A stretch of 64,000 bases of DNA, from NCBI GenBank assembly GCA_019057385.1, contig JAHQJS010000006.1, positions 256,001-320,000 on the forward strand, written 5' to 3'. Source of the DNA: Candidatus Borrarchaeum weybense. GTDB lineage: Archaea > Asgardarchaeota > Sifarchaeia > Borrarchaeales > Borrarchaeaceae. Below, one piece after another: positions 60,708-64,000 of this stretch (position 1 is the stretch's first letter; every line of letters begins with the position of its first letter). The notes below the pieces were generated by a model, which was given only the letters and a program-made list of their open reading frames with translations, ran no database searches and was not told the origin of the DNA. A program made the translations under genes and the position numbers.

Positions 60708-61691
60708 ATGCTTTGCATAGGGCTTGAGGGAACTGCCCATACTCTTGGAATCGGAGTAATTGATTCTAATGGAAAGATATATGCTAATGTTCGTAGTGAA
60801 TATGTTCCCAAGAGTGGAGGAATTCATCCAAGAGAAGCGGCACAGCATCATACGAATGTTTTTGCTGCAACACTCCAAGAAACATTAGAACACAGCAATT
60901 TAAATAAAAGGGACATCGGATTAATCGCGTTCTCAAGAGGTCCTGGTTTAGGACCTTGCCTACGTGTTACTGCAACAGCAGCACGAACAATTGCACTTTT
61001 ATTAGATATCCCTTTAGTTGGCGTAAATCATTGCATAGCACATATTGAGCTTGGAAGGCAATTATCAGGTTTTAAAGATCCCCTTGTAGTATATGTTTCA
61101 GGAGGCAACACAATTGTATCTGCCTATGAAGCAAATAAGTATAGGATATTTGGTGAGACTTTAGATATTGCTTTAGGAAACATGCTTGATACTTTTGCAC
61201 GTGAAGCAAATCTTTCTCATCCAGGTGGACCAAAGATAGAGAAAATTGCTAAAAAAAGTTCTAGAAGATTCATTTCGCTACCTTATAGTGTGAAAGGGAT
61301 GGATCTCTCTTTTTCAGGGTTATTAACAGCCGCAGTGAACAAACTAAAAGAAAATGAACCACTTGAAGATCTTTGCTTTAGTTTGCAAGAAGTTTCTTTT
61401 GCGATGCTTACTGAAGTTACTGAAAGAGCTCTCGCGCATACTGAGAGATCAGAAGTATTATTAACAGGAGGGGTTGCTGCAAACAAAAGACTTCAGAATA
61501 TGATTCAAATAATTTCTCAAGAACACAATACTAGTTTTTTTGCTGTATCACCGGATCTTGCAGGAGATAACGGCGTTATGATAGCTTGGACAGGATTAAT
61601 TCAATTTTTGCAAGGTGATATTTTAAATATCAAGAACAGCCAAATTCTCCCTAAATGGAGTTTAGGTGCTGTTGAATTTACGAGAACATAG
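60708..61691 (+). CDS. kae1: KEOPS t6A synthase Kae1
   Basis: GLEGTAHT, GGIHPREAA, VNHCIAHIE, VSGGNT, DNGVMIA. Confidence 0.96.
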   Translation: MLCIGLEGTAHTLGIGVIDSNGKIYANVRSEYVPKSGGIHPREAAQHHTNVFAATLQETLEHSNLNKRDIGLIAFSRGPGLGPCLRVTATAARTIALLLDIPLVGVNHCIAHIELGRQLSGFKDPLVVYVSGGNTIVSAYEANKYRIFGETLDIALGNMLDTFAREANLSHPGGPKIEKIAKKSSRRFISLPYSVKGMDLSFSGLLTAAVNKLKENEPLEDLCFSLQEVSFAMLTEVTERALAHTERSEVLLTGGVAANKRLQNMIQIISQEHNTSFFAVSPDLAGDNGVMIAWTGLIQFLQGDILNIKNSQILPKWSLGAVEFTRT

Positions 61692-61695
61692 GTGG

Positions 61696-62337
61696 ATGTG
61701 TTTATTGCTTTTTAAAAAAGGTGCAGAAGCATATCTTTACAAAGAAACATGGTATTTAAAACATATTATTCGAAAACAACGAATAAAAAAAGATTACAGA
61801 GTTTCTGAACTTGATTGGACCTTGCGAGTCGCTAGAACTGTTCGTGAGGCAAATCTATTACGAAATGCTAAAATAGCCGGAGTGCCAACACCCACAGTTT
61901 ACGAAATAGACAAACGTGAGACAACTCTTATAATGGAATTCATTGAGGGGCAAAGAATTAAAGAAATTCTGGATGAACTCAACGCTGAAGCCCGAGAAAC
62001 TCTCTCAAGACAAATAGGAATTCTTATAGGTAGACTGCATCAAAATAATATGATACACGGAGACCTTACCACTTCTAACATGATTCTAACAGAAACGGGT
62101 AAAATTTACCTTATTGACTTCGGGTTGGGCTATAACTCGACTTCTATCGAAGATAAGGCAGTCGATCTGCATCTAATGAAAAGGGCACTTGAGAGTACCC
62201 ATTATAGAGTTTCAGAACAAGTATTTAGTAAGATTTTAGAAGGATATTCATCCATCACCGGTCCAGCACCTATGAAAGAAATATATGATCGAATGGAATC
62301 AATTCGGAAAAGAGGCAGATATCTACGAGTTTCATAA
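61696..62337 (+). CDS. bud32: KEOPS kinase/ATPase Bud32
   Basis: KGAEA, HGDLTTSN, IDFGL, EDKAVDL, RGRY. Confidence 0.95.
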   Translation: MCLLLFKKGAEAYLYKETWYLKHIIRKQRIKKDYRVSELDWTLRVARTVREANLLRNAKIAGVPTPTVYEIDKRETTLIMEFIEGQRIKEILDELNAEARETLSRQIGILIGRLHQNNMIHGDLTTSNMILTETGKIYLIDFGLGYNSTSIEDKAVDLHLMKRALESTHYRVSEQVFSKILEGYSSITGPAPMKEIYDRMESIRKRGRYLRVS

Positions 62338-62353
62338 AAGGGCGAGTTAATAC

Positions 62354-62911
62354 ATGTTATTTCTAGTAACCAGCAATATCGGTAAATTTAAAGAAGCAAG
62401 ACTTGTGATGGAAAGATACGGGATTGTAATTCAACATTTAGCAATTGAAAAACCTGAAATCCAGGCAGATAATATTAGGGAAATTTCAGAAAATGCAGCA
62501 AAAGAAATTTTAAAGCAACATAATAAAGAAATACTTGTTGAAGACGCTGGACTTTTTATTGAGGCGCTAAACGGTTTCCCTGGTCCCTATTCTTCTTATG
62601 TAATGCGAACTATAGGTTGTCAAGGAATTCTAAAATTGTTAAAAAATGAAACAAAAAGAAACGCTAAATTTAAGGCTGTTTTAAGCTACGGGACACCTGA
62701 AGAAAGTGTTATATCTTTTAAGGGAGAAATAAAAGGGATTATTGCGCATTCAAGTCGTGGAAACAGCGGTTTTGGCTTCGATCCTATCTTTATACCAGAA
62801 GGAAGCAATAACACATTTGCGGAAATGAGTATCTCAAAGAAAAATGAATTCTCGCATAGAATGCGTGCTTTAAAACAATTTACAGAATGGTATGTCAAAA
62901 AAATGCATTAA
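62354..62911 (+). CDS. rdgB: XTP/dITP diphosphatase (Ham1/RdgB)
   Basis: TSNIGK, EDAGL...GFPGPYS, GFGFDPIF, KNEFSHR. Confidence 0.95.
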   Translation: MLFLVTSNIGKFKEARLVMERYGIVIQHLAIEKPEIQADNIREISENAAKEILKQHNKEILVEDAGLFIEALNGFPGPYSSYVMRTIGCQGILKLLKNETKRNAKFKAVLSYGTPEESVISFKGEIKGIIAHSSRGNSGFGFDPIFIPEGSNNTFAEMSISKKNEFSHRMRALKQFTEWYVKKMH

Positions 62912-62976
62912 ACCTGTAAAAATAAGAGTATTGATAATTGATCCCGCTGGATTTTTCTCAAGTTGAAATAGTCTTG

Positions 62977-63189
62977 TTATGGTGTCTTTAGTTTTCTAGC
63001 TTCTCGTTCCACTTCTCTTAGCATTAAGATGTCTCCCATGCGTACTGGTCCTTTGACATTTCTAGTAAGAATTCGTCCTTGATCGCGTCCTTCTAGTATT
63101 CTGATTTTCACTTGTAGGATTTCTCCTGTAACACCTGTTCGGCCAATCACTTGAATTACTTCAGCTGGATAACCCATCTCTTCGCTCAT
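62977..63189 (-). CDS. rps28e: 30S ribosomal protein S28e
   Basis: IGRTGVTGE...[13 protein letters not shown]...EREAR. Confidence 0.97.
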   Translation of the reverse strand: MSEEMGYPAEVIQVIGRTGVTGEILQVKIRILEGRDQGRILTRNVKGPVRMGDILMLREVEREARKLKTP

Positions 63190-63220
63190 GTGCGTTCCTC
63201 CGTTTTCATGTGTTTTTGCC

Positions 63221-63586
63221 TTACAATGCTTTTATTTTTCCGATAATATTTTTAAGTAGTTTATCAGCATCTCCAGCATCAGTAATGGCAGCTGCAGCAG
63301 AAGGTACTTCTATTCCTGATGCCGTTCCAATCCCCATTTTAGTCGGAACATAGATATATGAGACATTCTTTTCTTCACATAGAAGTGGTAAGTGAGCTAC
63401 TATCTCAGGAGGATCTACATTCTCTGCAATAAGAACGAGTTTCGCTGTTCCACGTTCCACAACTTTGGTTGTCTCATTAGTTCCTTTAGAAATCTTTCCG
63501 GTGTCTCTTGCTGCCGCCAAAACTTCAAGGGCAGAATCTGCTAAATCTTTTGGTACGTCAAACTTTACATAAAATGGCTTAGACAT
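63221..63586 (-). CDS. rpl7ae: 50S ribosomal protein L7Ae
   Basis: [23 protein letters not shown]; start MSKPFY after a GAGGTG SD. Confidence 0.96.
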   Translation of the reverse strand: MSKPFYVKFDVPKDLADSALEVLAAARDTGKISKGTNETTKVVERGTAKLVLIAENVDPPEIVAHLPLLCEEKNVSYIYVPTKMGIGTASGIEVPSAAAAITDAGDADKLLKNIIGKIKAL

Positions 63587-63591
63587 TTTTT

Positions 63592-63654
63592 CACACCTCG
63601 CTTCATGCATTGCATTACAAGAGGAAATGCAATGCTTTCATCCTTCATAAGTGA
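63592..63654 (-). promoter_or_regulatory. Putative kink-turn autoregulatory element in the rpl7ae 5' UTR
   Basis: 10-bp stem GCATTGCATT/AATGCAATGC flanked by GATGA and ATGA (tandem G.A potential); upstream CACTT can pair with the SD AGGTG. Confidence 0.6.
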
Positions 63655-63885
63655 TCATTTTTGTTTAACTTTACCTGTGATCATAGTTATTGTACTTTTT
63701 AAAAGCTTTTGTTCTAGTGACATAGTCTTCTTGATTAATTGATCTTTTTCAACAGCTGTAGGACTACCTGAACTACTCTACCTTTTTGGAAAGGGCATCT
63801 TTGCTGATTTCTAATAATTATTTTTTGAAATAAAAATTTAAAACTTAAAGAAAACCGAAATAGATTTTAAGAATAATTAAAAAAA

Positions 63886-63999
63886 CTATTTCTTAAATAA
63901 GCGTTTAGCAAACATGGAAATGTCAATTCCTCTTAATGTCAACCAGTTTGCACTGTTACCAGAAATGATAATGGGCACTTTTTTAAGATCTTCAATAGC
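63886..63999 (-). CDS. fni: C-terminus of probable type 2 isopentenyl-diphosphate isomerase (partial)
   Basis: AIEDLKKVPIIISGNSANWLTLRGIDISMFAKR resembles the archaeal IDI-2 C-terminus; only 37 aa are visible. Confidence 0.6.
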   Translation of the reverse strand, partial: AIEDLKKVPIIISGNSANWLTLRGIDISMFAKRLFKK

Positions 64000-64000
64000 A

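Noticed and set aside
205-62898. Numerous 60-170 aa ORFs antisense or internal to well-supported genes (e.g. 6302-6748, 53204-53719)
   Set aside because: Shadow ORFs of conserved genes with no independent motifs.
1-64000. CRISPR array, cas genes, tnpA, integrase or provirus
   Set aside because: No regularly spaced repeats or such genes were seen; the only mobile elements are tnpB-type.

Overview
AT-rich (roughly 35% GC by eye) archaeal chromosomal segment, most likely from an Asgard archaeon. The assignment is inferred from a longin-domain gene, two V4R/Bet3-like genes, an EF-2 paralog with an altered diphthamide loop, L35Ae and an archaeal histone. The window is mostly housekeeping: ribosomal proteins, aIF5B, aIF2-gamma, Rpo7/Spt4, KEOPS, GluRS, Ndk, H+-PPase and N-glycosylation genes. 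Most notable observations: (1) an MtrA-MtrH fusion 3 nt upstream of a single-chain pseudo-dimeric thymidylate-synthase-fold protein that carries the cytosine-specificity Asp, next to RimK/MobA/CofE genes. This is a candidate cobamide-linked pyrimidine (cytosine) methylation system. (2) A tRNA-Glu(CTC) gene interrupted at four sites, where the variable-loop insertion resolves into two stacked BHB introns (five introns, apparently ordered splicing). (3) An unannotated double-guide C/D box sRNA whose predicted targets match the yeast 25S Am2256 and Gm2288 positions. (4) A Bet3-Bet3-longin operon resembling a proto-TRAPP core. (5) Two full-length tnpB elements, two internally deleted derivatives that retain the omega-RNA end, and a solo end. 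All calls are by eye from motifs; no database search was run.
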